Source: an uncultured candidate division Zixibacteria bacterium (lineage in GTDB: Bacteria; Zixibacteria; MSB-5A5; GN15; FEB-12). From it: 64,000 nt of DNA. Location: positions 1,216,001-1,280,000 of the forward strand of contig CAVTJJ010000004.1 of NCBI GenBank assembly GCA_963735035.1, given 5' to 3'. The translations under genes and the position numbers were made by a program. Positions 40,982 through 49,479 of this stretch are shown one piece after another. The notes below the pieces were generated by a model, which searched no databases, was not told the DNA's origin, and saw only the letters and a program-made list of their open reading frames with translations. The stretch's first letter is position 1; every line of letters begins with the position of its first letter.

Positions 40982-41881
40982 CTACTGTCCGCCCGTCTTT
41001 TCGGTTGCAGACTGTGTCCGGGTGCGGCGTACAGCGGATGAGTCCGTAGCGGCCGGCTGAGCGCCCGAAGTATCGGCGGAATCAGTCGGAATCGCAAACA
41101 TGTCGACCGTGCTGCGGTCGATCTCGACCTGGTTTACTTCGCCCGTTTCCGGATCGGCCAGCGATGCGGGATTGCCATTCAATGTGGCGTCGACAACCAG
41201 CGGGTTTCCAATCGTCACTACAAACTGTTGGCGAGCCGTGACATTATACGGACGACCCGGGGTCAGCATCTGATACACCATCGTGTCGCCATCGGCCAAC
41301 ACGGTCGCCCAACTTCCAACTCGCGCAGTCAAGGTCAGCAGCATGCTGTCCCGCTGCTGAGCGGTGGAATCCCAGCCAAAGTCGGACTGGTTGGTGGAGT
41401 AGTCAGAGGGGACTGTCGCCGGCTGGACTTCGGCCTGCGGCTCAGGCTTTTTCGACGAAAAGATGAAATATGCCGCAATCGCCAGCACCACAACCGCCGC
41501 CGCAGAGACCCATATAAACAGACCCTTTTTACTCGACGGTCCGGTTTCTACCGGTTCCGCAAGCGCTGCCGCCTCGGCCTTGAGCTTTCGCCCCGCCTCA
41601 ATGGCCTGCTCCGGAGTCTGGGGCTCGATCAATTCCCCGAGTTCCTCGCGGATGGCCTCAATGGTTTTCGTAAAGTCGATCCCGAGATACTCGGAATATG
41701 ACTTGGCGAAGAGTCGGAAGTAGAGCTCCGACGGCAAAGCATCCTGCTGCCCGGCTTCAAGATACTGAAGAGTTTCAATGGGAATCTTTAAGTCGCTGGC
41801 GATCACTTCCAGCTTGGCTCCCCGACGTTCTCTCTCGGTTCTTAGAAGCGCTCCGAATTTGACGTATGACTCACTCATCAA
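40982..41881 (-). CDS. rodZ: RodZ-like protein (HTH, TM, DUF4115-like domain)
   Basis: FGALLRTERERRG...YFRLFAKSYSEYLG HTH, a single TM, and W..VLADG...IGNP domain. Confidence 0.8.
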   Translation of the reverse strand: MMSESYVKFGALLRTERERRGAKLEVIASDLKIPIETLQYLEAGQQDALPSELYFRLFAKSYSEYLGIDFTKTIEAIREELGELIEPQTPEQAIEAGRKLKAEAAALAEPVETGPSSKKGLFIWVSAAAVVVLAIAAYFIFSSKKPEPQAEVQPATVPSDYSTNQSDFGWDSTAQQRDSMLLTLTARVGSWATVLADGDTMVYQMLTPGRPYNVTARQQFVVTIGNPLVVDATLNGNPASLADPETGEVNQVEIDRSTVDMFAIPTDSADTSGAQPAATDSSAVRRTRTQSATEKTGGQ

Positions 41882-41892
41882 TGGTTAGTACA

Positions 41893-42501
41893 CTATTGCA
41901 AAAGGTGTAAGGCATCCCTGGCCAAAGAATCTAGCAATGTCCTAGGCAGGCCGACAACATTATCAAGATTACCCTCGATCCTGTCAACCAAAAAAGCCCC
42001 CATGCCCTGGATACCGTAAGCTCCCGCCTTGTCCATCGGTTCGCCGCCGTCGACATATGCCTCTATCTGACTCAAAGATACGGTGTGGAAATAGACTTCG
42101 GTACGTTCTTCGCCGGAGCAGAGGAGCTTCGTTGAGTCCGCCAGGGCCAGGGCGGTACAGACCGTGTGCCGTTTCCCGGCCAGCTTCTTGAGCGTTTCGA
42201 TAGCTTCAGTGCGATTCGCTGGTTTCCCCAGAATCTGGCCGTTGAGCACGACAATCGTATCTCCGCCGATCACGATTTCGTCGGATTGGGAAGTCGCGGC
42301 CACATCGAGTGCCTTTTCTTGCGCCAGACGCACCGCGCAGGCGTACGGGTCCTCACCGGGCTTCTGGACCTCGTTTACCTCAGATACGGCTCTGCGAAAA
42401 CTTACGCCCAACTCTTCGAGCAATTGGATGCGCCGGGGGGAGCGGGAACCAAGAACGAGCGGGCGCTTGTGCCCCAATGTGATCAGAGCATCAAACGTCA
42501 T
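41893..42501 (-). CDS. maf: Maf family nucleoside triphosphate pyrophosphatase
   Basis: LVLGSRSPRR, GDTIV, LGKP, DKAGAYGIQG, NVVGLP. Confidence 0.93.
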   Translation of the reverse strand: MTFDALITLGHKRPLVLGSRSPRRIQLLEELGVSFRRAVSEVNEVQKPGEDPYACAVRLAQEKALDVAATSQSDEIVIGGDTIVVLNGQILGKPANRTEAIETLKKLAGKRHTVCTALALADSTKLLCSGEERTEVYFHTVSLSQIEAYVDGGEPMDKAGAYGIQGMGAFLVDRIEGNLDNVVGLPRTLLDSLARDALHLLQ

Positions 42502-42934
42502 GTTCAAGCAGGATGGTAACAGGGCCGTGGTTGGTGAACTTGATATCCATCTTGGCGCCGAAGACACCCGTACAAGTCACCAGTCCCGAAGCTGCCACCA
42601 GCGCGACGAATTTTTCATACAGGCGCTCCGCCTGGTCTGGTGCCATGGCGTCGGAGAAGCCGGGGCGCCGTCCCTTGCGGCAATCGGCGTAGAGGGTGAA
42701 CTGTGACACTACCATTATCTGAGCGCCGGTGTCCAGAGCGGAAAGATTCATTTTCTCTTCGGCATCTTCGAAAATTCTCAGATTGACCGCCTTATCCGCG
42801 AGAAAGGCGCAGGAGTCTTCAGTATCTCCGCTTCGAGTCCCAAATAAGATGAGCAGACCGGGTCCAGTGGCGCTGTGAAGCTTACCGTCAATCCAGACTT
42901 CGGTACCGGTAGTTCTCTGTAATAGCAATCGCAT
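42491..42934 (-). CDS. dtd: D-aminoacyl-tRNA deacylase
   Basis: LRIFED, SQFTL, KGRRPGF, FGAKM, NHGPVT. Confidence 0.95.
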   Translation of the reverse strand: MRLLLQRTTGTEVWIDGKLHSATGPGLLILFGTRSGDTEDSCAFLADKAVNLRIFEDAEEKMNLSALDTGAQIMVVSQFTLYADCRKGRRPGFSDAMAPDQAERLYEKFVALVAASGLVTCTGVFGAKMDIKFTNHGPVTILLEHDV

Positions 42935-43136
42935 ATTCAATTCCTCGGAGCGGGCCAATATACGATCCCCGGCGAAGACATCCAACCGAAACAAGGTGAT
43001 TACTTGGACACATTCGCTTTCGGATGGTTCAGAGATATTTTCCTATTGGTGCTTCGTTGATGGGCGGAGTATATTTGGAGTTAACAGTCCCGGTGTTCCC
43101 GCTTGGAAGTTGGTATTGGCGGGGGCGGGGAAGACC

Positions 43137-43165
43137 GGAACTTTGTCCCGCTCCGAGACGTTACA
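43137..43165 (+). promoter_or_regulatory. Putative ECF-sigma promoter upstream of trxA
   Basis: GGAACTTT-N15-GTTACA, nearly the same as the motif upstream of the ECF sigma gene. Confidence 0.5.
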
Positions 43166-43206
43166 ACGGGACGATGTGTTAAGAAACGACCTGACGGAGG
43201 ATGTAT

Positions 43207-43533
43207 ATGAGCAAACCGGTTAACATCACTGACGTTACTTTTGAAGCGGAAGTCCTGCAGTCGGACTTGCCGGTGGTAGTTGATTTCTGGGCCACCTGGT
43301 GCGGTCCGTGCAAGATGATTGCCCCAATCCTCGAAGAAGTAGCCACCGAACTGGATGGCCGCGTGAAGATTACGAAGCTGGACGTGGACTCCAACAACAA
43401 GACCGCCGGCAAGTACAATATAATGTCGATCCCGTCGCTTCTGTTCTTCAAGAATGGCGAGGTCGTCGATCAGGTCGTCGGGGCACTTCCGAAAGCACAG
43501 CTACTGGCTCGTCTCCAGAAGGTCTTGAACTAA
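43207..43533 (+). CDS. trxA: Thioredoxin
   Basis: VDFWATWCGPCKM, SIPSL. GGAGG RBS 6 nt before ATG 43207. Confidence 0.97.
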   Translation: MSKPVNITDVTFEAEVLQSDLPVVVDFWATWCGPCKMIAPILEEVATELDGRVKITKLDVDSNNKTAGKYNIMSIPSLLFFKNGEVVDQVVGALPKAQLLARLQKVLN

Positions 43534-43545
43534 CCTCGATTCTGA

Positions 43546-43573
43546 TTGACCGGTCTCCGATGAGACCGGTTAA
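43546..43573 (+). other. 12-bp hairpin after trxA with no U-tract (stabiliser or partial terminator)
   Basis: TTGACCGGTCTC-CGAT-GAGACCGGTTAA. Confidence 0.55.
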
Positions 43574-43593
43574 CGCCTATCAGGTGGTCACTT

Positions 43594-43761
43594 ATGGATT
43601 GGCAGGGATTGCTCTATTTCGGGTTGGCCGCCATCGTCTGGTATCTATTGGTAACCAGAGTTCTGCCCAAATGCGGCGTCCCTACATGAGTCAATGCCCT
43701 TCAACGGCCCCCGGAGGGTGTCGATCAGAAATCTCCACGCGACAAGACTAACTGCGGCTAG
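43594..43761 (+). CDS. Small membrane protein, candidate selenoprotein (31 aa to UGA at 43687; 55 aa if UGA is read as Sec)
   Basis: AGGTGG RBS. Reads MDWQGLLYFGLAAIVWYLLVTRVLPKCGVPT-UGA-VNALQRPPEGVDQKSPRDKTNCG-TAG, with a stem-loop directly 3' of the UGA. Absent from the ORF track. Confidence 0.6.
43690..43725 (+). promoter_or_regulatory. Candidate bacterial SECIS-like hairpin
   Basis: GTCAATGCCCTTC pairs with GGAGGGTGTCGAT (12 of 13 pairs including G-U) around a 10-nt loop, starting at the first base after UGA. Confidence 0.4.
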
Positions 43762-43785
43762 AATCCTGCCGATAAACATGATAAT

Positions 43786-44640
43786 ATGAGTCAGTATCGT
43801 TCCTACGATCAAAGTGAGCGGACCGGCGGCTTTCAGTTTGGCCCCGGCGCGATATCTCCATTTATCAAGTGGATGCTTATCACCAATGGCTGCGTCCAGG
43901 TGCTGCAGTTGTTGGTCGGCGGACGCCTCGAAATAATGTTCGGTTTGACCCCGGCAGCTTTCTTTGCCGAGTTCCCCCGCCTGATCTTTCAAGTGTTCAC
44001 TTACATGTTCCTGCACATGCCGTCGTTCCCCTTCCTCCATCTGCTCTTCAATATGTTCACGCTTTGGATGTTCGGGACCGAAATCGAACTGACCTGGGGT
44101 ACGAAGTCTTTCGCCAGATTCTACATCCTCTCCGGCATTGCGGGAGCGGTCTTAACACTCGCCTTTTTGTGGTCAAGCGAAGGACCGGTGATCGGCGCTT
44201 CGGGAGCGATCTATGGTGTACTAGCTGCCTATTGGCTGATGTTCCCTGACAGGAAGCTCTATTTCTTCCCGATCCCAATCGCCTTGAAAGTCAAGTGGGC
44301 CATTCCCGGCATGATGCTGATTGGACTGTTGTTCGGGGGCGGGGGAGTAGCGCATCTGGCCCACCTGGGTGGAGCGCTGTTTGGTGTCCTCTACCTCAAG
44401 GCCGATTGGCGCTGGCTCAAGGTGACGTCCTGGATTAAAAGCTTGCGATACAAGCGGAACCTCGCTAAGCTGGAACGCAACCGCCGTCACGCCGATGAAG
44501 TCATGAAGAGAGTCGATGCCATATTGGACAAGATCAACGCCGTGGGTATCGATAAACTTACATCGGAGGAACGTCGGTTTCTGGAGGAAGCCTCCAGCGA
44601 ATTGTCTAACAGGAACCATCATTCCAATCGGAATAATTAG
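43786..44640 (+). CDS. Rhomboid intramembrane serine protease with C-terminal soluble helical domain
   Basis: TYMFLH, HLLFNM, GASG (catalytic Ser), AHLAHLGGA (His), C-terminal VDAILDKI...LTSEERRFL. Confidence 0.92.
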   Translation: MSQYRSYDQSERTGGFQFGPGAISPFIKWMLITNGCVQVLQLLVGGRLEIMFGLTPAAFFAEFPRLIFQVFTYMFLHMPSFPFLHLLFNMFTLWMFGTEIELTWGTKSFARFYILSGIAGAVLTLAFLWSSEGPVIGASGAIYGVLAAYWLMFPDRKLYFFPIPIALKVKWAIPGMMLIGLLFGGGGVAHLAHLGGALFGVLYLKADWRWLKVTSWIKSLRYKRNLAKLERNRRHADEVMKRVDAILDKINAVGIDKLTSEERRFLEEASSELSNRNHHSNRNN

Positions 44641-44645
44641 CTGAT

Positions 44646-45818
44646 ATGCATCGAAGAGTCCTCATTGCCGAACAGGCCGACACGGTTCGCGCCGTGGCCG
44701 AAGCTGTCTTGAGGCAAAACGGGTTCGATGTGATCGCTGTAACCGCGGCCGAGAAGGCCCGCGAAGTGCTTGAATTATCCAGGCCGGACCTGCTGATAAT
44801 CGGAGCCGATCTGGCGTCGGTCGATGGCACACCCTATTACCAGCGTTTGCGGCAGGACCCCCGCACGGTCAAGATTCCCACGCTTCTCATTGAACCGGCC
44901 GATAAATCGCAAATCGCAGCCTCGGACCTGACCGTTATCCCGCGACCCTTCGATCCGCAAGACCTTCTTCAAAAAGTTACTATGGCTCTTTCGGTCGGAA
45001 GCAAGCCTGCCGCCCAGGTCGTCGCGCCGCTCGCCGGGGCTGAAATCGACGATGATTTTCTCGACGCCGCCTTGGGATTGGGCAATATCGATGTTACCTC
45101 GTCCGAAGTCATGGACCGGACCAGTCTGGGGTTGAAGAAACCGGTGTCGGGAGCAGGAGAAAAATTGATTGGTATGGAAACCAATCATAACCGGAAGCTC
45201 GACGAGACCGGAGCTACGAAGATCGAAGCCGTGATTCTCGAGGAAGACAAGAGCCGCGTCATCAGCCAGAACCCCGATCGAAAGTCGCCCGTTGAAGGCA
45301 CGGGGAAACTCGAAATACTGGACGATCAATATGGGATGGAGAAACCGCTCCCACCGCTCCAGCACGAAAAGACTGATCATGACTACGACTGGTTTGTCGA
45401 CGCCATTAAGAGCGACAACGCTCCGTCACCTCAGAACAAGACCACCCATCACGACAGCGGCAAACCTGCTACTTCGACCAGGTCGGTGACGGTCGATCCT
45501 CACGGAACACCTCCGCCCGAAGGGGTGGAGAAGTTTATCGATGAATTCAAGAAAGAGATGCGGCAACTGCGGGACGTCGAGACTGAGCCGGTCATACCTG
45601 AAGTCAAGACGATCAAGACCGCTGCTCTGGGCGACAAGCTCGAATGGGAAGAGAAGATCGAGCAGATCGGCCCCGCCGAGATGGAAATTTTCACCCGCGA
45701 GTTTGCCCAGGAACTGGGTCGGCGGGTGGCCGAAATCGTCGTCGCCAAGATTGATCCCGACAAACTGATGCGTCTTATCCGGGCTGATGTCGTTGAACGC
45801 TATCAGAAGAAAAAGTAA
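44646..45818 (+). CDS. Atypical (pseudo-)receiver domain protein with disordered linker and C-terminal helical domain
   Basis: REC fold pattern (RVLIAE, RPDLLII, PFDPQDL) lacking the phospho-Asp and conserved Lys. No DNA-binding domain seen. Confidence 0.75.
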   Translation: MHRRVLIAEQADTVRAVAEAVLRQNGFDVIAVTAAEKAREVLELSRPDLLIIGADLASVDGTPYYQRLRQDPRTVKIPTLLIEPADKSQIAASDLTVIPRPFDPQDLLQKVTMALSVGSKPAAQVVAPLAGAEIDDDFLDAALGLGNIDVTSSEVMDRTSLGLKKPVSGAGEKLIGMETNHNRKLDETGATKIEAVILEEDKSRVISQNPDRKSPVEGTGKLEILDDQYGMEKPLPPLQHEKTDHDYDWFVDAIKSDNAPSPQNKTTHHDSGKPATSTRSVTVDPHGTPPPEGVEKFIDEFKKEMRQLRDVETEPVIPEVKTIKTAALGDKLEWEEKIEQIGPAEMEIFTREFAQELGRRVAEIVVAKIDPDKLMRLIRADVVERYQKKK

Positions 45819-45845
45819 TCTCTTGAACCCCGACGGTACCTGGGG

Positions 45846-45854
45846 TGCTATAAT
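45846..45854 (+). promoter_or_regulatory. Extended -10 promoter element upstream of dsbD
   Basis: TGCTATAAT, 40 nt upstream of the start. Confidence 0.5.
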
Positions 45855-45893
45855 CTACCGACTGACAATTCGGTCCAAGGGAATAGGTAATTG

Positions 45894-47795
45894 ATGCGTC
45901 TTTCTGTTATAGCCTTCTGGCTTGCATTATTGTTCGTCGGAGTTCCGGCTCTGGCCAATGTGGAATCGTTCGATTTCGGTGACGAGAGCAGCGATCTCGT
46001 TACCGTTACGGTGGCGTCATCGGTCTCGGCGGCCGAAGCGGGGCAGACGATCAAGGCGGCGGTAATCGCCGACATGGCCCCCGGTTGGCATATCAATTCC
46101 GCCCGGCCTTTTGCGGATTATCTCATCCCGGCCGCGGTGGCTTTCGATACTACGGCGGCACTCACGCCGACAGATATTCTCTATCCCGAAGGTTCCAAGA
46201 CGAAGCTGGGCGAAGAGGTTATGTCGGTCTATTCGAACCGGGTGGTGATTCCCTTTTCGGTAAAGATTTCTTCGAGTGTAACTGCCGGTGAAAATACTCT
46301 TCCAGTTCGCTTTACCTATCAACCTTGTAACAACAAGGAATGTCGAGCTCCTCAGACCGTCGATTTGCTTTTGAAGATAGTAGTTGGTCCCGGCGGTACG
46401 CCGATCAACGAGGCAGTCTTTGGCTCGGCGAGCACGCCGATTTCAACTCCTGCTTCTGCTCCTGCTTCGACCGAAAGCGCGCCTCAGCAGTCTGGCCGGT
46501 CGGATCAATCAGATTTGGAGCGGATCATCAGCGAACACGGGGTATGGGGTTATTTCATCGTTCTGGGGTTGGCGTTCGTTACGGGACTCTTGCTGTCTTT
46601 TTCTCCCTGCACATATCCGATGATTCCGATTACAGTCAGCATCTTCGCTGGGCAAGAGCGAACGGTCGGCCGAGGTTTCTTCCTGTCACTTGTCTATGTC
46701 GGTACCATGGCGGTGATCTACGGACTGATGGGGTTGGTAGTAGCGCTGGTTGGGGGAGTGTTTGGCGCCTGGCTGGCCAGCCCACCGGTTGTAATTGGAA
46801 TCGCCGTAGTATTCGTGATATTCTCGCTCTCCATGTTCGGACTCTACGAACTGAACGTTCCAAGCGGGCTCCGACAGAAATTGGGTACGCGGAAGACCAG
46901 CGGCGGCGTGACAGGGTCAATCGTTCTTGGCGTCATTGCGGCACTGGTGGTTTCTCCATGTGTGGGCCCGTTTGTCGCAGGGATTCTACTCTATATTGCT
47001 ACCAACGGCTCACCGATCATCGGCTTCCTAACCCTGTTTGTCTTTGCGCTGGGGTTGGGAACGCTGTTTGTGATAATAGGAACTTTCTCTTCGGCAATTA
47101 GCAGGATGCCTCGCTCCGGCGAATGGATGGAGACGGTTAAGAAATTCTTTGGGTTTGTCCTTCTCCTGATGGCGATATTCTTCCTGCGCACTCTCGTTAG
47201 CCCGGCGATTATCGCCCTCTTGACTGCGCTCCTGCTGCTTGCTTTCGGGGTTTTCGGTGGAGGTTTGGACAGACTGACACCCGAGTCCGGATTCTTCCTG
47301 CGCCTTAAGAAATACCTCGGTGTGATCGCCCTTCTGATTGGCGCGTACCTGCTTCTGGGACTTCTCTTCAGTGAAGGTTTCATTCTGCCATCGATGGCGG
47401 GAAGTTTTTCGTCAAATGGAACACGAGTGGCTGAGACAGCCGGCATCACCGGTTGGGAGACCGATCTGGAAACCGGGTTGAGCCGCGCGAAAGCTGAAGG
47501 CAAGCCGGTTATTATCGATACCTGGGCCACCTGGTGTGCCAACTGCAGGGTGTTGGAGAAGGAAACGTTTCGCAACCCCGAGGTGGGTCGCGAGGCAGCC
47601 CGATTCATTCCCATCAAGGTCCAGTTGGAAACCGAGAACTCCCCTCAGACGAGGGCCTTCAAGGAACGCTTTGGTCTCAAGACTTATTCTCTTCCTACCA
47701 CTATCATTCAGAGCGCCGACGGAACGGTACGTCGCACCCTGCCCGGTGTTGTCAGCCCGGCTGATTTCATCGCCGAACTCAAGAAGATTCGCTAG
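45894..47795 (+). CDS. dsbD: Thiol:disulfide interchange protein DsbD
   Basis: N-domain GWHIN...QPCNNKEC, TM domain SPCTYPMIP and SPCVGP, C-terminal thioredoxin WATWCANC. Confidence 0.92.
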   Translation: MRLSVIAFWLALLFVGVPALANVESFDFGDESSDLVTVTVASSVSAAEAGQTIKAAVIADMAPGWHINSARPFADYLIPAAVAFDTTAALTPTDILYPEGSKTKLGEEVMSVYSNRVVIPFSVKISSSVTAGENTLPVRFTYQPCNNKECRAPQTVDLLLKIVVGPGGTPINEAVFGSASTPISTPASAPASTESAPQQSGRSDQSDLERIISEHGVWGYFIVLGLAFVTGLLLSFSPCTYPMIPITVSIFAGQERTVGRGFFLSLVYVGTMAVIYGLMGLVVALVGGVFGAWLASPPVVIGIAVVFVIFSLSMFGLYELNVPSGLRQKLGTRKTSGGVTGSIVLGVIAALVVSPCVGPFVAGILLYIATNGSPIIGFLTLFVFALGLGTLFVIIGTFSSAISRMPRSGEWMETVKKFFGFVLLLMAIFFLRTLVSPAIIALLTALLLLAFGVFGGGLDRLTPESGFFLRLKKYLGVIALLIGAYLLLGLLFSEGFILPSMAGSFSSNGTRVAETAGITGWETDLETGLSRAKAEGKPVIIDTWATWCANCRVLEKETFRNPEVGREAARFIPIKVQLETENSPQTRAFKERFGLKTYSLPTTIIQSADGTVRRTLPGVVSPADFIAELKKIR

Positions 47796-47914
47796 TATAC
47801 CGGGCCACTCTCTTTTCTGATTCAGCGAGTTATCGATAACCCCCTGTCCCGAATTTCTCGGGCGAGCGGCATCCTCTACAAATTAATTGGGGCTGGATTT
47901 CATTGGCGTACGGC

Positions 47915-47943
47915 TTGACGGCCATTTCGCGGCTCCCTATATT
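47915..47943 (+). promoter_or_regulatory. Putative sigma70 promoter
   Basis: TTGACG-N17-TATATT; supports ATG 47986 as the true start. Confidence 0.65.
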
Positions 47944-47985
47944 ATCCGTCAGAAAAGAGTAACAGGCCCGAACATTCGAGATACC

Positions 47986-48735
47986 ATGCCTTCGAAAAAG
48001 ACCAATAACGCCGTCGTTGCCATCTGTATTCAGGATCCGACCGAAGACGGTTCGATGATGGATATGGGTGCGATCCAGGGTGACGATCTGAGATTCCTGC
48101 ACCAGGCCTTCATCACTGATACCATCTTCAACGCGCTCACGGTGCCGGCCGCCGATACCCGCCTTTACTATATAGACGAACCCGAGCGGGCGCGTCTGAT
48201 CAAGATCGTCACCGACTATGTCGCAAAGAAAGCGGCTGGGAAGAAAAAGGACGGATCGATCGAGCGCTTCACGGCCCATCCGATGGTCCACGAGGGTTGG
48301 GGGGAGCGCATTCAGAAAGTTCTCACCGATTGCTTCGCGCAAGGTTATCAGCATGTGCTCCTGCTGGGCAGTCGCACGCCGACCTTCACCGGCAGCATGA
48401 TGAAAACCGCTCTTCGCATGTTGCAGCAATCGGACGCTGTTTTCGGGCCTACTCCCGATGGTCGCTATTACGCTATCGGCATGTCTGGCTCCAATCGCAT
48501 CGATCTTTCCAAGTTCGATTGGAAGTCACCGTCAATCTATTCTGAAGTCGCTTCCGCTTTTACTAAAGACCATCTGAGCTGGGCGGAACTGGAAATCTGG
48601 TACGCGGTCGAAAGTTCCGAAGAACTCGACCTGATGGCGCGCGATATCAATCAGTACCGATTCGAGGAAGACGACAACACCGCGCGCGAAACCGAGCTCG
48701 TTATGGAACGGCTCATTTCGAAACTGGACAATTAG
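47986..48735 (+). CDS. DUF2064/TIGR04282-like (CofC-related) protein, degenerate
   Basis: GERI, LLGSRTP, DAVFGPTPDGRYYAIG match the family pattern. Confidence 0.7.
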   Translation: MPSKKTNNAVVAICIQDPTEDGSMMDMGAIQGDDLRFLHQAFITDTIFNALTVPAADTRLYYIDEPERARLIKIVTDYVAKKAAGKKKDGSIERFTAHPMVHEGWGERIQKVLTDCFAQGYQHVLLLGSRTPTFTGSMMKTALRMLQQSDAVFGPTPDGRYYAIGMSGSNRIDLSKFDWKSPSIYSEVASAFTKDHLSWAELEIWYAVESSEELDLMARDINQYRFEEDDNTARETELVMERLISKLDN

Positions 48736-49470
48736 ATGGAACGCCGGCTTCAGAAGCTCAACTGGCTGCAGGTCAAGAGCCTGGTGCCCGGTACCATCGA
48801 CACCGTAATTCTGCCGGTTGGAACCGTGGAGGCACACGGAACCGCCTGCATCGGTACCGATAACATCATCCCCGAAACCATCGCCGACAGCATAGCCGAA
48901 CGATGCAACGCTCTGGTCGCACCGACCGTCAACTACGGCATCACGAAGTCACTCTATCGTTATGCGGGCGGGGTGACCATAACGCCGGACGTTTTTCGCA
49001 AATATGTCGGCGACGTGCTGACTTCTTTTGGAAGCAGCGGCTTTCACAATGTTATTATTATGAACGGACACGGCGGCAACAACGCCGCGCTGAAAGAGGC
49101 CGCATTCGAGTTCCACGCCGCCGAGAAGAAGAATATCGCAGTCGTGCACTGGTGGGAGCTGTGTGACAGCCTAGACCGCAAGTTCTGGGGCCATCCCGGT
49201 GGCCACGCTGGAACTAACGAATGTGCGGTAGTGCAGGCGATCGATCCGAAACAGCTCGACCGCGCGTCCTACTCGCCCGATATGGCCTGGTGGTTCCGGC
49301 CGGGTGCCGATGTATACCCGGTGCCGGGGACAATCCTCTTATATGAAGAAGGTACCGGCTATCCCGAATTCGACCTGGACAAAGCCCTGCGCTATCGCGA
49401 GGCGATGATCAAAGAAGTCGGTGATTTCGCGGAAGAAGTCCTGAAGCGCTGGCGCCAGTTCGGTCTCTGA
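48736..49470 (+). CDS. Creatininase-family amidohydrolase
   Basis: LPVGTVEAHG...GTD, NGHGGN, HAGTNE metal ligands. Confidence 0.9.
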   Translation: MERRLQKLNWLQVKSLVPGTIDTVILPVGTVEAHGTACIGTDNIIPETIADSIAERCNALVAPTVNYGITKSLYRYAGGVTITPDVFRKYVGDVLTSFGSSGFHNVIIMNGHGGNNAALKEAAFEFHAAEKKNIAVVHWWELCDSLDRKFWGHPGGHAGTNECAVVQAIDPKQLDRASYSPDMAWWFRPGADVYPVPGTILLYEEGTGYPEFDLDKALRYREAMIKEVGDFAEEVLKRWRQFGL

Positions 49471-49479
49471 CCATCCCGG

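Noticed and set aside
47829..47840. Perfect palindrome GTTATCGATAAC, and TGAAAC-N5-GTTTCA at 53953-53969
   Set aside because: Each is a single short occurrence with no cognate regulator nearby. They could be operators but are compatible with chance.
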